60,871 nt of DNA from a bacterium (GCA_021815315.1 JAKAHB010000001.1:54580-115450), one strand, 5' to 3'; positions 25,615-35,485 are shown, counted from the stretch's first letter. The notes: generated by a model from the sequence alone, not told the origin. Made by a program: numbers and translations.

Positions 25615-26991
25615 ATGAACGAATTTATTTCTGCCATTGATCAGATTTGTGAAGAAAAGGGCATTTCCCGAGACAAGGTTATTGAAACTGTGGAGATGGC
25701 CATTGCCGCGGCCTATAAAAAAGACCACGGCCTGAAAGGTTTAAGCATTCGCGCCGATTATAACGAAAAATCGGAAGATTTTGATGTTTTCCAAGCCAGG
25801 TTGGTGCTGGACCCGGAAATGGTTTGGAGCGAAGAAGAATTAGCCGAAATGGCTCAACGTGGCGAAGAAGAGGAAGAAACTCGGGAGCTGGAGATAGTAG
25901 AGCCTATCGCCGACAGAAAAATCAGATTCAACGAAGAAAAGCATCTTTTTTTGGAAAACGCTCAAAAGCTCAACCTTGTTTTTAAAGAGGAGGACGCTAG
26001 AAAGTTTGAAGAAAAAGAAGAAAAATTTAACGTATTTTTGGTGTCTGAAAAAAAGAAAGAAGGAAAGGGTAAAAAAATCAAAGTCGCCGTGGGAGACGAG
26101 ATTTGGTTCGCTTTGGCAGGCAAAGAGAGTTACGGTCGTATCGCCGCTCAAACCGCGAAGCAGGTAGTCATCCAAAGAATCCGCGAGGCGGAGCGGGAAG
26201 CTGTTTTTGACGAATTTAAAAATAAAGAAGGCGAGGTTATTTCCGCCACGGTTCAGCGCATTGAAAAAGGCATAGTTTTTGTTGATATCGGGAAGGGTAA
26301 TGGCATTATGTTCCCGGAAGATCAAATTCCGGGAGAATATTACAGAATCGGTCAGCGTTTGCGAGTCTACGTGGCCGAAGTCAAAAAAGATGTCAAAGGG
26401 CCTGGCATTATTGTCTCGCGAACTCGGCCGGAAATGATTGTTGAGTTGTTTCATTTGGAAGTGCCGGAAATCGCCGCGGGTAGCGTGGAAGTAAAAGCCG
26501 TGGCCAGAGAAGCCGGTTCTCGCTCTAAAATTGCTGTGGTCTCTGTGGAGGATGGCGTGGACGCTATCGGCGCTTGCGTAGGACAGCGCGGCACCAGAGT
26601 ACAGGCGATTATAAACGAACTAGGGGGCGAGAAGGTGGATATTATTGAATGGTCAAAAGATCCGGCCAAATTTATCGGTAATTCTTTGTCTCCGGCCAAA
26701 GTTATCAACGTTGAGGTCAAGGAAAAAGAGAAGATCGCCCTGGTGCAGGTGCCCGAAGATCAGCTGTCTTTGGCAATCGGTAAACAAGGCCAAAACGTCA
26801 GGTTGGCGGCCAAATTAACCGGCTGGAAAATTGATATTTTGACTGAAGCCAGCCAACAGGCAGAAGCCGTTCCCGAGGAGGGCGCTAAACCCCAGGACGA
26901 GGACGCCACCGCTCAAAAAACTGAAAAGAAAAAAGCGGTCAAACCCAAAAAAACAAAGAAGAAAGAAAAGGTAAAGAAGGAAGAAAAATAA
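25615..26991 (+). CDS. nusA: Transcription termination/antitermination factor NusA
   Basis: The NTD carries an acidic/basic insertion of about 60 aa. S1 (GEVISATVQRIEKGIVFVDIG), two KH domains (GACVGQRGTRVQAI, AIGKQGQNVRLA) and a Lys-rich tail follow. Confidence 0.9.
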   Translation: MNEFISAIDQICEEKGISRDKVIETVEMAIAAAYKKDHGLKGLSIRADYNEKSEDFDVFQARLVLDPEMVWSEEELAEMAQRGEEEEETRELEIVEPIADRKIRFNEEKHLFLENAQKLNLVFKEEDARKFEEKEEKFNVFLVSEKKKEGKGKKIKVAVGDEIWFALAGKESYGRIAAQTAKQVVIQRIREAEREAVFDEFKNKEGEVISATVQRIEKGIVFVDIGKGNGIMFPEDQIPGEYYRIGQRLRVYVAEVKKDVKGPGIIVSRTRPEMIVELFHLEVPEIAAGSVEVKAVAREAGSRSKIAVVSVEDGVDAIGACVGQRGTRVQAIINELGGEKVDIIEWSKDPAKFIGNSLSPAKVINVEVKEKEKIALVQVPEDQLSLAIGKQGQNVRLAAKLTGWKIDILTEASQQAEAVPEEGAKPQDEDATAQKTEKKKAVKPKKTKKKEKVKKEEK

Positions 26992-27013
26992 TAAACAATG
27001 AATCCAAACAAAC

Positions 27014-27946
27014 ATGTTAATTATCGGGCATAAAAATCCGGACACAGACAGTGTTGTCTCGGCTTTAGTGCTGGCTCAATTGTTGCAAAAAAAGCCCTTG
27101 CTTAGGGGAAGAGTTTTTGCCGGCCGGGCTGGGGAGGTTAACAACGAAACAAAATTTGTTTTAAATTATTTTAAGGTTAAAGCTCCGGCTTTGGTTAAGT
27201 CAATCAAAAGCAAAGAAGTTTTTTTGGTGGATCACAACTCAATCGCGGAGTCGGCCGAAGGCCGAGAAGAGAGTGTTTTATTAGGCGTTTTGGACCACCA
27301 CTGCTTGGGCGGCGTATCCACGGCCAGCCCCGTTTATTACCGTTGCGAAGCCGTGGGCAGCACCAGTACCCTAGTGGCTAAAATGTTTGAAGAAAACAGC
27401 GTAAAACCAAACAGGCTTCAAGCGGGGCTTTTGCTAGCGGGCCTTTTATCCGATACGCTTAATTTTACTTCGCCCACCACCTCCAAGGAGGATAAAAAAA
27501 TAGCGAGCAAGCTGCAAAAAATCTCCGGTTTGAAAATAAATGAATTTGCTAAGAAAATGTTTGAAGCGAAATCTTCATTGGCCGGCGTTAAACTGGAAGA
27601 AGTCATTAGCAAGGACTACAAAGAATTTAAATTTGGTAAAGTTAAGTTCGGCTTTGGCGTCTGGGAAACGGTTATGCCGCAGGCCTTACTTGAAAAAAAA
27701 GAGCGGCTCATTAAGTCTTTAAGGGAACTAAAGCAAAAAAGCAAGTTGGACTTGGTGTTTTTTGCAGTCGTTGATATTCTGAAAAATCAAAGCCACTTGA
27801 TAGCCCCGGGAAGCGGGGAAGAGCAGGCCGCTAGCAAAGCGTTGGGGGTTCAGACCGAAGACAGTCTGGCTTTTATGCCGGGCGTTGTTTCTCGCAAGAA
27901 GCAGATGATCCCGCCTTTGGCCGAATATTTTGAAAAATTAAACTGA
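27014..27946 (+). CDS. ppaC: Family II (DHH) inorganic pyrophosphatase
   Basis: Carries GHKNPDTDSVVSA, LVDHN, LDHH and SDTLNFTSPTTS. Confidence 0.8.
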   Translation: MLIIGHKNPDTDSVVSALVLAQLLQKKPLLRGRVFAGRAGEVNNETKFVLNYFKVKAPALVKSIKSKEVFLVDHNSIAESAEGREESVLLGVLDHHCLGGVSTASPVYYRCEAVGSTSTLVAKMFEENSVKPNRLQAGLLLAGLLSDTLNFTSPTTSKEDKKIASKLQKISGLKINEFAKKMFEAKSSLAGVKLEEVISKDYKEFKFGKVKFGFGVWETVMPQALLEKKERLIKSLRELKQKSKLDLVFFAVVDILKNQSHLIAPGSGEEQAASKALGVQTEDSLAFMPGVVSRKKQMIPPLAEYFEKLN

Positions 27947-27950
27947 TTTT

Positions 27951-29246
27951 ATGGTTACAAAACTGGAGAAACTGCCCAAATCCAAGGTGAAAATAGAGGT
28001 GACAATCCCCGCTGTTGATTTTGAAGAATACATCAGTGAAGCCTATAAGGCGATCAGCCGGGAAATAAAAACTGACGGTTTTCGTCCTGGAAAAGCTCCG
28101 CGTCAAGTGGTTGAGCAAAAAGTTAATCAGGGACACATTCTTCAAGACGCGGCCGATTTAGCCTTGAGAGATTCATACCTTAAAATTTTGGGCGAACACA
28201 AATTGGAGCCATTGGGCAATCCGGAAATAAAAATTTTAAAACTGGCTCAGGGCAACGACTTTGTTTACGAGGCGGAGATTTTTGTTTTGCCGGAAGTAAT
28301 TTTGGCTAACTACAAGAGCATCAGCTCTAAGATCTTACGGCAAAAGTCAAAAGACAAGATTGAAGTATCCGATAAAGAATTGAAGGACGCTTTAAACTGG
28401 CTGGTTGATTCTCGCGCCAAGTTTATTAGTGTAAAACGCGCCGCAAAGCAAGGAGATAAACTGGAAATTGACTTTGACGTTTTCCGAGATGGAACACCCA
28501 TAGAAAATGGCCAGTCACAAAACCACCCCCTGATTCTTGGGCAGGGAAAATTTATGCCCGGGTTTGAGGAGCAGTTGGAAGGGATGGAGGAGGGAGAGGA
28601 AAAGAAGTTTTCCTTGAATTTCCCGGAAGATTACCACGAAAAAAGCTTGGCGGGTCAGCCAGCTGAATTCAAAGTGAAGGTAAGAAGCGTGCTGGAAAAG
28701 CAAGTCCCCGAACTTGATGATGATTTCGCGGCCAGTTTGGGCGAATTTAAGACACTGGGCGACTTGGAAAAGAGCATCAGAAACGGACTAAAACAGGAGA
28801 GAGAGGCCAGAGAGAAGGAAAAAACCAGAATAGCCATCATTTCCAAAATTGCCGAAGAATCGCAATTTGAGACTCCGGAGATTTTGGTTGAGGGAGAACT
28901 GGATAAGATGCTGCGCGAATTTAAAATGGAAATCGCCCAAATGGGCTTGGAGTTTGAAAAATATTTGACTGGTATCAAAAAAAGCGAAGATGATTTGAAG
29001 AAAGAATGGACTAAAAAGTCTCAAGAGCGAGTAAGAATTGGGCTGGTATTGCAGGCTATTGCCGGAAAGGAAAAAATCGAGCCCACGGAACAAGAAATTG
29101 AAGCAGAGGCCGGGAAGGTTCTGCAAGCCTACGGCAGGGCGGAACAGGCTCAAAAGAACATTGACAGTGCCAGACTGCGCGAATATACTAAAAATACGCT
29201 AGTTAACGAAAAAGTATTCCAATTTTTGGATAATATTGAGGAGTAA
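27951..29246 (+). CDS. tig: Trigger factor
   Basis: The N-terminus KVKIEVTIPAVDFEEYISEAYKAISREIKTDGFRPGKAPRQVVE and a central FKBP-like region fit trigger factor. Confidence 0.9.
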   Translation: MVTKLEKLPKSKVKIEVTIPAVDFEEYISEAYKAISREIKTDGFRPGKAPRQVVEQKVNQGHILQDAADLALRDSYLKILGEHKLEPLGNPEIKILKLAQGNDFVYEAEIFVLPEVILANYKSISSKILRQKSKDKIEVSDKELKDALNWLVDSRAKFISVKRAAKQGDKLEIDFDVFRDGTPIENGQSQNHPLILGQGKFMPGFEEQLEGMEEGEEKKFSLNFPEDYHEKSLAGQPAEFKVKVRSVLEKQVPELDDDFAASLGEFKTLGDLEKSIRNGLKQEREAREKEKTRIAIISKIAEESQFETPEILVEGELDKMLREFKMEIAQMGLEFEKYLTGIKKSEDDLKKEWTKKSQERVRIGLVLQAIAGKEKIEPTEQEIEAEAGKVLQAYGRAEQAQKNIDSARLREYTKNTLVNEKVFQFLDNIEE

Positions 29247-29327
29247 TTTGTCGCGGAAAACAGACCATTATGATTTTTTGTGCCAAAAACCAAAAGACGA
29301 AGATCAAAAAAAGCGCGTTTTTCTTTA

Positions 29328-29355
29328 TTTTGACTCTTGGCTTTTGACTTTTGAC
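29328..29355. promoter_or_regulatory. Four tandem heptamers immediately upstream of clpP
   Basis: TTTGACT CTTGGCT TTTGACT TTTGACC. The reverse complement is GGTCAAA AGTCAAA AGCCAAG AGTCAAA. The array ends 8 nt before the clpP GTG. Confidence 0.4.
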
Positions 29356-29363
29356 CTAGGTTC

Positions 29364-29942
29364 GTGTTAATTCCCACCGTTATAGAAAAATCGCAATATG
29401 GAGAGAGAGCCTACGATATCTATTCTAGGCTTCTCAAAGAAAGAATTATCTTTCTTGGCGGTCCTGTTGACGACCAAGTTGCCAATATTATTATTGCGCA
29501 ACTTTTGTTTTTGGAAAGCCAAGATTCCAAGAAGGACATTAAGCTTTACATCAATAGCCCTGGCGGTTCGGTAACGTCCGGCATGGCTATTTACGATACG
29601 ATGCAGTATGTCAAACCGGACGTTTCCACTATCTGTGTTGGCATGGCTGCTTCAATGGGGGCCGTTCTTTTGGCCGCTGGCGCCTCGGGCAAGCGTTACG
29701 CTCTGCCCAATTCCCAAATTTTGCTGCATCAGGTTATGGGTGGAGCGACGGGGCAGGCGACAGATGTGGCCATAGCGGCCAAACATATCATTAACGTTAA
29801 AAACCTGCTTAATCAGATTTTAGTCAAACATACCAAACAGGAATTGAACCAAATTGAAAGAGATACGGATAGAGATTTTTATATGTCCGCCAAAGAAGCT
29901 AAAAATTACGGGGTTATTGATAAAATAATTACCAAAGCTTGA
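29364..29942 (+). CDS. clpP: ATP-dependent Clp protease proteolytic subunit
   Basis: Carries [20 protein letters not shown] and [11 protein letters not shown] start. Confidence 0.95.
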   Translation: MLIPTVIEKSQYGERAYDIYSRLLKERIIFLGGPVDDQVANIIIAQLLFLESQDSKKDIKLYINSPGGSVTSGMAIYDTMQYVKPDVSTICVGMAASMGAVLLAAGASGKRYALPNSQILLHQVMGGATGQATDVAIAAKHIINVKNLLNQILVKHTKQELNQIERDTDRDFYMSAKEAKNYGVIDKIITKA

Positions 29943-29991
29943 AGCGGAGATGCTTGTTTGACTTGATTTAGTTTAGGCCGAGAACATTTTT

Positions 29992-31512
29992 ATGCAGTTG
30001 ATTATCGGGGGCGTTGCGGCGCTGGTTATAGGTATTGTCTTGGGATATTTTGCCAGACAAGCCATAGCGAAAAAGCAAGCCGGAACACTGGAAGCCAAGC
30101 TCAACAAGCTGGCGGAAGACTCAAAAAACGAAGCCAACAAGATTTTATTGGAGGCGAAAGAAAAGGCGGTCGTAATTTTAGAAGAAGCCAAAAAAGAAGA
30201 AAAAGAGAGAAAGGAGTATCTGCTAAAGAGCGAGCAACGCCTGGAGCACAAAGAACAGTCGCTGGAGAAACAAGAAAAGGGCATTGAAGAACAGGCCAGG
30301 GACCTAGAACTCAAAGTTTCCAAAGTCAAGCAGATCAAAGAAGATCTGCAAAAGTTACAGTCTCAAAAGATTACCGAACTTGAAAAAGTAGCCTCTTTAT
30401 CTCGCGATGAAGCCAAGGCTGAATTGTTGTCTTTGATTGAAAAGGAAAATCAGGAAATAATAATGGAACGGGTAAAACGCCTGGAGAAAGAGAACCAGGA
30501 AGAGTTGGAAAAGAGAGCCAAAGACATGATGGTTTTGGCCATGCAGAGATATGCCGGGTCCCAGGCTTCTGAAGTGAGCACCTCAACCGTGGCTTTGCCT
30601 AGCGAGGATTTAAAAGGCAGAATTATCGGCAAAGAAGGAAGAAACATAAAAACCCTGGAAAAGCTGACTGGAGTGGAAATTATTATTGATGACGCTCCCG
30701 ATGCCATTGTTATTTCGGCTTTTGATCCGATAAGAAGGCAAATTGCTAAAATTTCTTTGGAAAAATTGATCGCCGATGGCCGAATTCAGCCGGCTAGAAT
30801 TGAAGAAACCGTGGAAAAGGCCAAAGAAGAGATTGGCCAAAAAATTCAGGAAGCCGGCGAAGCGGCGGTTTATGACACCGGCGTGGCGGGGCTAGACCCC
30901 AAGTTGGTTAAAATTTTGGGCCGATTAAGATTTCGTACCAGTTACGGCCAAAATGTTTTGCTCCATTCAATCGAAGTGGCCCATCTAGCCGGCGCGATTG
31001 CCGGTGAACTGGGGGCAAATATTAGCTTAGCCAAAAAAGCGGGACTTTTGCACGACATTGGCAAGGCGGTGGACCATGAAATTCAGGGTTCGCACGTAGA
31101 AATTGGCCGGATGTTGCTCAAAAAATTTAATTTGCCCGAAGAAGTCATCCAGACAATGGAAGCTCACCACGAAGAACATCCCTACGCCAATATAGAATCC
31201 AGGATAATCCAAGTGGCTGATGCTTTGTCCTCGTCTCGCCCGGGAGCCAGAAAAGACACCCTGGAAGCCTATCTTAAGCGCCTGGAGGAATTGGAACAAA
31301 TAGCCAATTCTTTTGAGGGCATAGAAAAATCTTACGCCATTCAAGCCGGAAGGGAGATTAGAGTTTTTGTCAGACCGGAAGAAATTGACGATTTGGGCGC
31401 TCGGGAGATGGCTCGCAAAATCGCCGACAAGATTCAAGATGACCTGAATTATCCGGGGGAAATTAAAATTAGCGTGATTAGAGAAACTAGGATAGTGGAA
31501 TACGCCAGATAA
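29992..31512 (+). CDS. rny: Ribonuclease Y
   Basis: N-terminal TM, coiled coil, KH (GRIIGKEGRNIKTLE) and HD domain (LLHDIGKAVDHE). Confidence 0.9.
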   Translation: MQLIIGGVAALVIGIVLGYFARQAIAKKQAGTLEAKLNKLAEDSKNEANKILLEAKEKAVVILEEAKKEEKERKEYLLKSEQRLEHKEQSLEKQEKGIEEQARDLELKVSKVKQIKEDLQKLQSQKITELEKVASLSRDEAKAELLSLIEKENQEIIMERVKRLEKENQEELEKRAKDMMVLAMQRYAGSQASEVSTSTVALPSEDLKGRIIGKEGRNIKTLEKLTGVEIIIDDAPDAIVISAFDPIRRQIAKISLEKLIADGRIQPARIEETVEKAKEEIGQKIQEAGEAAVYDTGVAGLDPKLVKILGRLRFRTSYGQNVLLHSIEVAHLAGAIAGELGANISLAKKAGLLHDIGKAVDHEIQGSHVEIGRMLLKKFNLPEEVIQTMEAHHEEHPYANIESRIIQVADALSSSRPGARKDTLEAYLKRLEELEQIANSFEGIEKSYAIQAGREIRVFVRPEEIDDLGAREMARKIADKIQDDLNYPGEIKISVIRETRIVEYAR

Positions 31513-31590
31513 AAGTGGAAATAGAGGCGAAGAAATAAGAACGAAAAATCTTTTATTATCCGCCCCTTAGTTTTAAAGGTCTAGCTTGTT

Positions 31591-32253
31591 ATGAAGATTT
31601 TATTTTTTGGCGATATCATGGGGAAGGCGGGGAGAGAGGCCTTGGCCGCGGCTCTGCCCAAACTTAAAAAAAAGTATGAGCCGGATTTTGTTATTGCCAA
31701 CGGAGAAAACTTGGCCCATGGTTTGGGAATAACCAGGAGAACCTTTAAGGAATTAATGGATTTTGGAGTGGACGCGGTAACAGGTGGAAACCATATTTTT
31801 TCCAAAGAGGACGGGTTGAGTTTGCTCAAAGACGATAGGAAGATGATTATCAGGCCCCTAAACTATCCGGAAAAGACAGTGGGCAGAGGCTTCTTGATAC
31901 TTCAGGCGGGCATAAAGCGTTTATTGTTGATCAATCTTAACGGTCGAGTTTTTATGAAAGAGGATCTCAACGATCCCTTTGCCGAAGTTGAGGCGCTTCT
32001 TGAAAGCTATGGTCTTGGCAAAGAAGCTTTTGACGAGGGGAAGGAGAGGGTGGATGGAATTTTAGTTGATTTTCACGCGGAAGCAACCTCTGAAAAAAAG
32101 GCAATGGGCTATTTTTTGGATGGGCGGGTTTCCGGCGTGCTGGGAACCCATACTCACGTGCAGACAAATGATGATAGAATTTTAAATGGCGGAACCGCCT
32201 ATGTTTCGGACGCGGGCATGGTCGGAGTGGAAGATTCGGTTATCGGCGCTTAA
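31591..32253 (+). CDS. ymdB: YmdB-type metallophosphoesterase, interrupted by an in-frame TAA
   Basis: MKILFFGDIMGKAGREAL...VIANGENLAHGLGIT...HAEATSEK...GTHTHVQTND...DSVIGA then TAA. Confidence 0.8.
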   Translation: MKILFFGDIMGKAGREALAAALPKLKKKYEPDFVIANGENLAHGLGITRRTFKELMDFGVDAVTGGNHIFSKEDGLSLLKDDRKMIIRPLNYPEKTVGRGFLILQAGIKRLLLINLNGRVFMKEDLNDPFAEVEALLESYGLGKEAFDEGKERVDGILVDFHAEATSEKKAMGYFLDGRVSGVLGTHTHVQTNDDRILNGGTAYVSDAGMVGVEDSVIGA

Positions 32254-32415
32254 AAAGATAAAATTGTTAATCGTTTTTTAGATAGATTTGACAATAAAAT
32301 AAAAGTGGCTGACGATGGCCCGGTTGAAATTAACGGCATCTTTTTAAAACTGGATAAAAAAACCGGGTTGGCCCTAAACATTGAAAAAATAAGGGAGAAA
32401 GTGGTAAAATACTAG
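32254..32415 (+). other. In-frame continuation encoding the expected YmdB C-terminus
   Basis: In the same frame after the TAA it reads KDKIVNRFLDRFDNKIKVADDGPVEINGIFLKLDKKTGLALNIEKIREKVVKY, then TAG at 32413-32415. Confidence 0.7.
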
Positions 32416-32515
32416 GGTGAGGGCCAAGGCTAAAGGGCAAAATTAAAATAATTTCCCACGAGTGTTTCTGCAAAAATTATTCCGTTAAATTTTTTTATGA
32501 AGGGAGGTGATAATT

Positions 32516-32788
32516 GTGACTAGAGATCAATTATTGGATACGATGGCCAAAAAGGCCGAAATTTCTAAAAGAGCCGCTGGTGACGCTTTAGGCGCCATGA
32601 CGGAAGCTGTTACCAAAACCTTGCAAAAGGGAGACAAACTAACCTTGACCGGTTTTGGCACCTTCTCTATTTCCAAAAGAGCAGCCAGACAAGGCGTTAA
32701 TCCTAAGACTGGAGCCAAGATTAAAATTCCGGCGATGAAAGTCCCAAAATTCAAAGCGGGCAAAGCCTTGAAAGAAGCAGTGAGATAA
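32516..32788 (+). CDS. hup: HU-family DNA-binding protein
   Basis: GFGTFSISKRAARQGVNPKTGAKIKIPAMKVPKFKAGKALKEAV. I favour the GTG at 32516, 8 nt after GGAGGTGA; the track start is 32507. Confidence 0.9.
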   Translation: MTRDQLLDTMAKKAEISKRAAGDALGAMTEAVTKTLQKGDKLTLTGFGTFSISKRAARQGVNPKTGAKIKIPAMKVPKFKAGKALKEAVR

Positions 32789-32800
32789 TTTTAGCTAAAT

Positions 32801-32864
32801 AAAAACCCCTACTATCCGGTTTTCTCTTTTTGCTGGGAGAAGATCGAAAAGTAGGGGTTTTTTT
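32801..32864. terminator. Bidirectional terminator between hup and the kinase gene
   Basis: aaaaaCCCCTACT...AGTAGGGGttttttt with a long internally paired loop. Confidence 0.5.
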
Positions 32865-32874
32865 GGTCGATTTA

Positions 32875-34437
32875 TTAGTGATTGTTGCCAACTGGCACCG
32901 GGGGACACACTCGCGGTGGCAACTTCAGCGGCAACTCGACGGTAAAAACAGTTTCCTTATTTTCTTCGCTGACAAAAGAAATGGCCCCTCCATGTTTTTC
33001 AACGATGTTTTTAGTGATGAAAAGACCAAGACCGGTACCGTCCGTTTCCATTTTGATAACATTGGAACCGCGAAAAAACCGATTGAAAATTCGTTGTTGT
33101 TGGTCTCGAGGAATGCCCGCTCCCTGGTTGGCGATAGTAATTAGGTAACGATCCAACTCTTTTTTGAGGGTGGTCGTTACCTTGCTCCGGGGATTGGAGT
33201 ATTTGATGGCATTATCAATTAAATTTTGAAAGACTATTTTTATTTTTTGAGCATCGGCTATAATATCCGGTAAAATTATTTTAGGAGCGTTAAATTCCAG
33301 TGTTACCCCGTTTTTGGCAGCCACGGCTATATTTTCTTCCAGCACTTGTTCTATCAAATCCTTAAGAGACACTTTTTCAAAATCAAAGAGAAACCTTCCT
33401 TCTTCAATTTTAGTCACATTCAGCAAATCGTTAATCAAAATAATCATTCTTTCGTTGGAATCATAGCCTTTTTGCAGGAAAGATTTTTGAGCCGGGCTTA
33501 CCGGTCCCAAATCCTCGGAAATGAGCATATGGAATATCCACTTAATGGCCGAAAGAGGTGTTCTTAATTGATGGGCGGCGATACTGATAAATTCGGACTT
33601 CATCCGATTGATTAATTTCTCTCGAGTAACGTCATGGAGGCTCAAGATGTAAGAGGACGGGAGATGGTCCCGAGGATTTAGAGGCACAAAGTTAGCCACG
33701 AAAAATCTGTCTTCCTGCTGGTTATCCTGAAGACAGACTTCTTTCTTTAGAGATCGGCTAACGGGACGGTTTCTTATCTCCCGGTAAAGGTTGATGATAT
33801 TTTTGTCCAAAGATGTTTTGTCCAGGGGCCGTCCCAACAGGGTTTCTTTCTTAGCGCCTAAAATCATTTCGGCCCAAGGATTGACCAGGGAGATGACGCC
33901 TTGATCGTCAAACAAAATAATGCCCTCAACAAGATTTTCAACAATGGCCCTTATTTTGTCCCTCTCCAGTTTTAGCTCGGCGGAAGCTTCTACCAATTTC
34001 CAATCTCGTCTGGTCAAGACTTCCGCTTCGTGCGCGAGCAACTCCCGTTGGTTTTTAACGCCCAGGGAAATTTTGTCTAGCCAAAAAGCAAGCTCGTCAA
34101 ATTCGTCGTTTCGTGGTTTCGTGTCTTTTTGATTATTGAAAAGATACCGGCCCTCAAAAATGGCTTGAGCTTGATTTTTTAAATAAAAAAGATTGGAAGA
34201 TACCTTGCGAGTCAGCAAATAAGCAAAGAAGACGGTAAGAGCTAGCACAGAAATGATGATGGCCAAGAAATCGGATTGGCCGAAAAAAAGCGAAAGATGG
34301 TTCAAAAAAAAAGTAAAAAAATTAACCCCGCTTTGTTGCTCATAGGCCAAGACGAGCAGGACAAAAAATAAGGCTAGCAGAAAAACAAGAGAGCAAAGAA
34401 AAATTTTTAGGAAGATGTTATTCTTGAATTTTTTCAT
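32875..34437 (-). CDS. Membrane sensor histidine kinase (orphan, no adjacent response regulator)
   Basis: Two TMs and a PAS-like region. H-box FISIAAHQLRTPLSAI, N-box QNLIDNAIKYS, G-box GTGLGLFITKNIVEKHGG. Confidence 0.85.
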   Translation of the reverse strand: MKKFKNNIFLKIFLCSLVFLLALFFVLLVLAYEQQSGVNFFTFFLNHLSLFFGQSDFLAIIISVLALTVFFAYLLTRKVSSNLFYLKNQAQAIFEGRYLFNNQKDTKPRNDEFDELAFWLDKISLGVKNQRELLAHEAEVLTRRDWKLVEASAELKLERDKIRAIVENLVEGIILFDDQGVISLVNPWAEMILGAKKETLLGRPLDKTSLDKNIINLYREIRNRPVSRSLKKEVCLQDNQQEDRFFVANFVPLNPRDHLPSSYILSLHDVTREKLINRMKSEFISIAAHQLRTPLSAIKWIFHMLISEDLGPVSPAQKSFLQKGYDSNERMIILINDLLNVTKIEEGRFLFDFEKVSLKDLIEQVLEENIAVAAKNGVTLEFNAPKIILPDIIADAQKIKIVFQNLIDNAIKYSNPRSKVTTTLKKELDRYLITIANQGAGIPRDQQQRIFNRFFRGSNVIKMETDGTGLGLFITKNIVEKHGGAISFVSEENKETVFTVELPLKLPPRVCPPVPVGNNH

Positions 34438-34512
34438 TGTTTAAATTATAGCACAGTAATTTTATTGTTAGAAAATAAAAAACAAGGCTTGGGGAAGCCT
34501 CATTTTTCAGTG

Positions 34513-34584
34513 AGCGGGTGAGCGGAATCGGACCGCCGTCTCAGCCTTGGCAAGGCCGTGTAATAGCCACTATACGACACCCGC
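34513..34584 (-). tRNA. tRNA-Gly (anticodon GCC)
   Basis: Acceptor GCGGGTG/CACCCGC, anticodon stem CGGCC/GGCTG with loop TTGCCAA. Confidence 0.85.
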
Positions 34585-34625
34585 GAACATGGCTGCGAAT
34601 AATTGCTTCGGGTTGTGCCGGGGGA

Positions 34626-34697
34626 GAGAATCGGACTCTCGACACCATGATTTTCAGTCATGTGCTCTACCACTGAGCTACCCCGGCCAGTTTCAAC
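34626..34697 (-). tRNA. tRNA-Phe (anticodon GAA)
   Basis: Acceptor GCCGGGG/CCCCGGC, anticodon stem CATGA/TCATG with loop CTGAAAA. Confidence 0.85.
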
Positions 34698-34754
34698 TAC
34701 TAGGGTTTAGCCAATAGGTTATAGCCACTAGACCCTAGCTATCAGTGAACAGGG

Positions 34755-34828
34755 TGGGCGCGAAAGGACTCGAACCCTTGGCCTCCTCGGTGTAAACGAG
34801 GCGCTCTAACCAGCTGAGCTACGCGCCC
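34755..34828 (-). tRNA. tRNA-Val (anticodon TAC)
   Basis: Acceptor GGGCGCG/CGCGCCC, anticodon stem CCTCG/CGAGG with loop TTTACAC. Confidence 0.85.
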
Positions 34829-34883
34829 GATATGGCTAATGGCGGGCCACCACGAGCAACGCGCTATCCGCAATAAGCCGATT

Positions 34884-34970
34884 TGGTGCCGTGGGAGGGA
34901 CTTGAACCCTCACGCCCTAATGGGCACTAGCCCCTCAAGCTAGCCTGTCTACCAATTCCAGCACCACGGC
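34884..34970 (-). tRNA. tRNA-Leu (anticodon GAG), class II, CCA encoded
   Basis: Acceptor GCCGTGG/CCACGGC, anticodon stem CTAGC/GCTAG with loop TTGAGGG, long variable arm. Confidence 0.85.
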
Positions 34971-34977
34971 CCGGTAT

Positions 34978-35400
34978 TTAAGCCTCTTTCTCCGGAGTTT
35001 CTTCCTGTTTTTGCTGCTCCATCAAGATCGTTTCTTGGCCAGGAATTTGCAGATTTTTCATACGAGCGGAGCGTCCGAATCTATTTCTCATGTAATAGAG
35101 CTTGGAGCGTCTGACTTTGGCTTTTTTGAGGATGTCGATCTTCGCTACGCTAGGCGAGAAAAACGGATAGACCCTTTCTACTCCCACGCCAGAAGCGATT
35201 TTGCGCACGGTAAAAGTACCGTTTAAGCCTTTGCCATGTTTAACGGCCAAAACCAGCCCTTCAAAAGGTTGGAGTCTTTCCTTTCCGGCTTCTATTATTT
35301 TTTGGTAAACACGAACAGTGTAACCTGGCTTGAGATTGGGCACGGTTCGTCCGGAATCTTTGATAATTTTTTCGTTAAATAAATCCAGTTTTGTGGCCAT
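34978..35400 (-). CDS. rplS: 50S ribosomal protein L19 with C-terminal extension
   Basis: Carries PGYTVRVYQKIIEAGKERLQPFEGLVLAVKHGKGLNGTFTVRKI and VERVYPFFSP. I use the ATG at 35400; the track starts at a TTG at 35412. Confidence 0.9.
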   Translation of the reverse strand: MATKLDLFNEKIIKDSGRTVPNLKPGYTVRVYQKIIEAGKERLQPFEGLVLAVKHGKGLNGTFTVRKIASGVGVERVYPFFSPSVAKIDILKKAKVRRSKLYYMRNRFGRSARMKNLQIPGQETILMEQQKQEETPEKEA

Positions 35401-35485
35401 AGTGATTAGCAAAAAACACCCTTGAGGGTGATTAAGACAGAGTTAATTTCACACAGTGACATTTTCGCATTTTTTTAAATATTAG

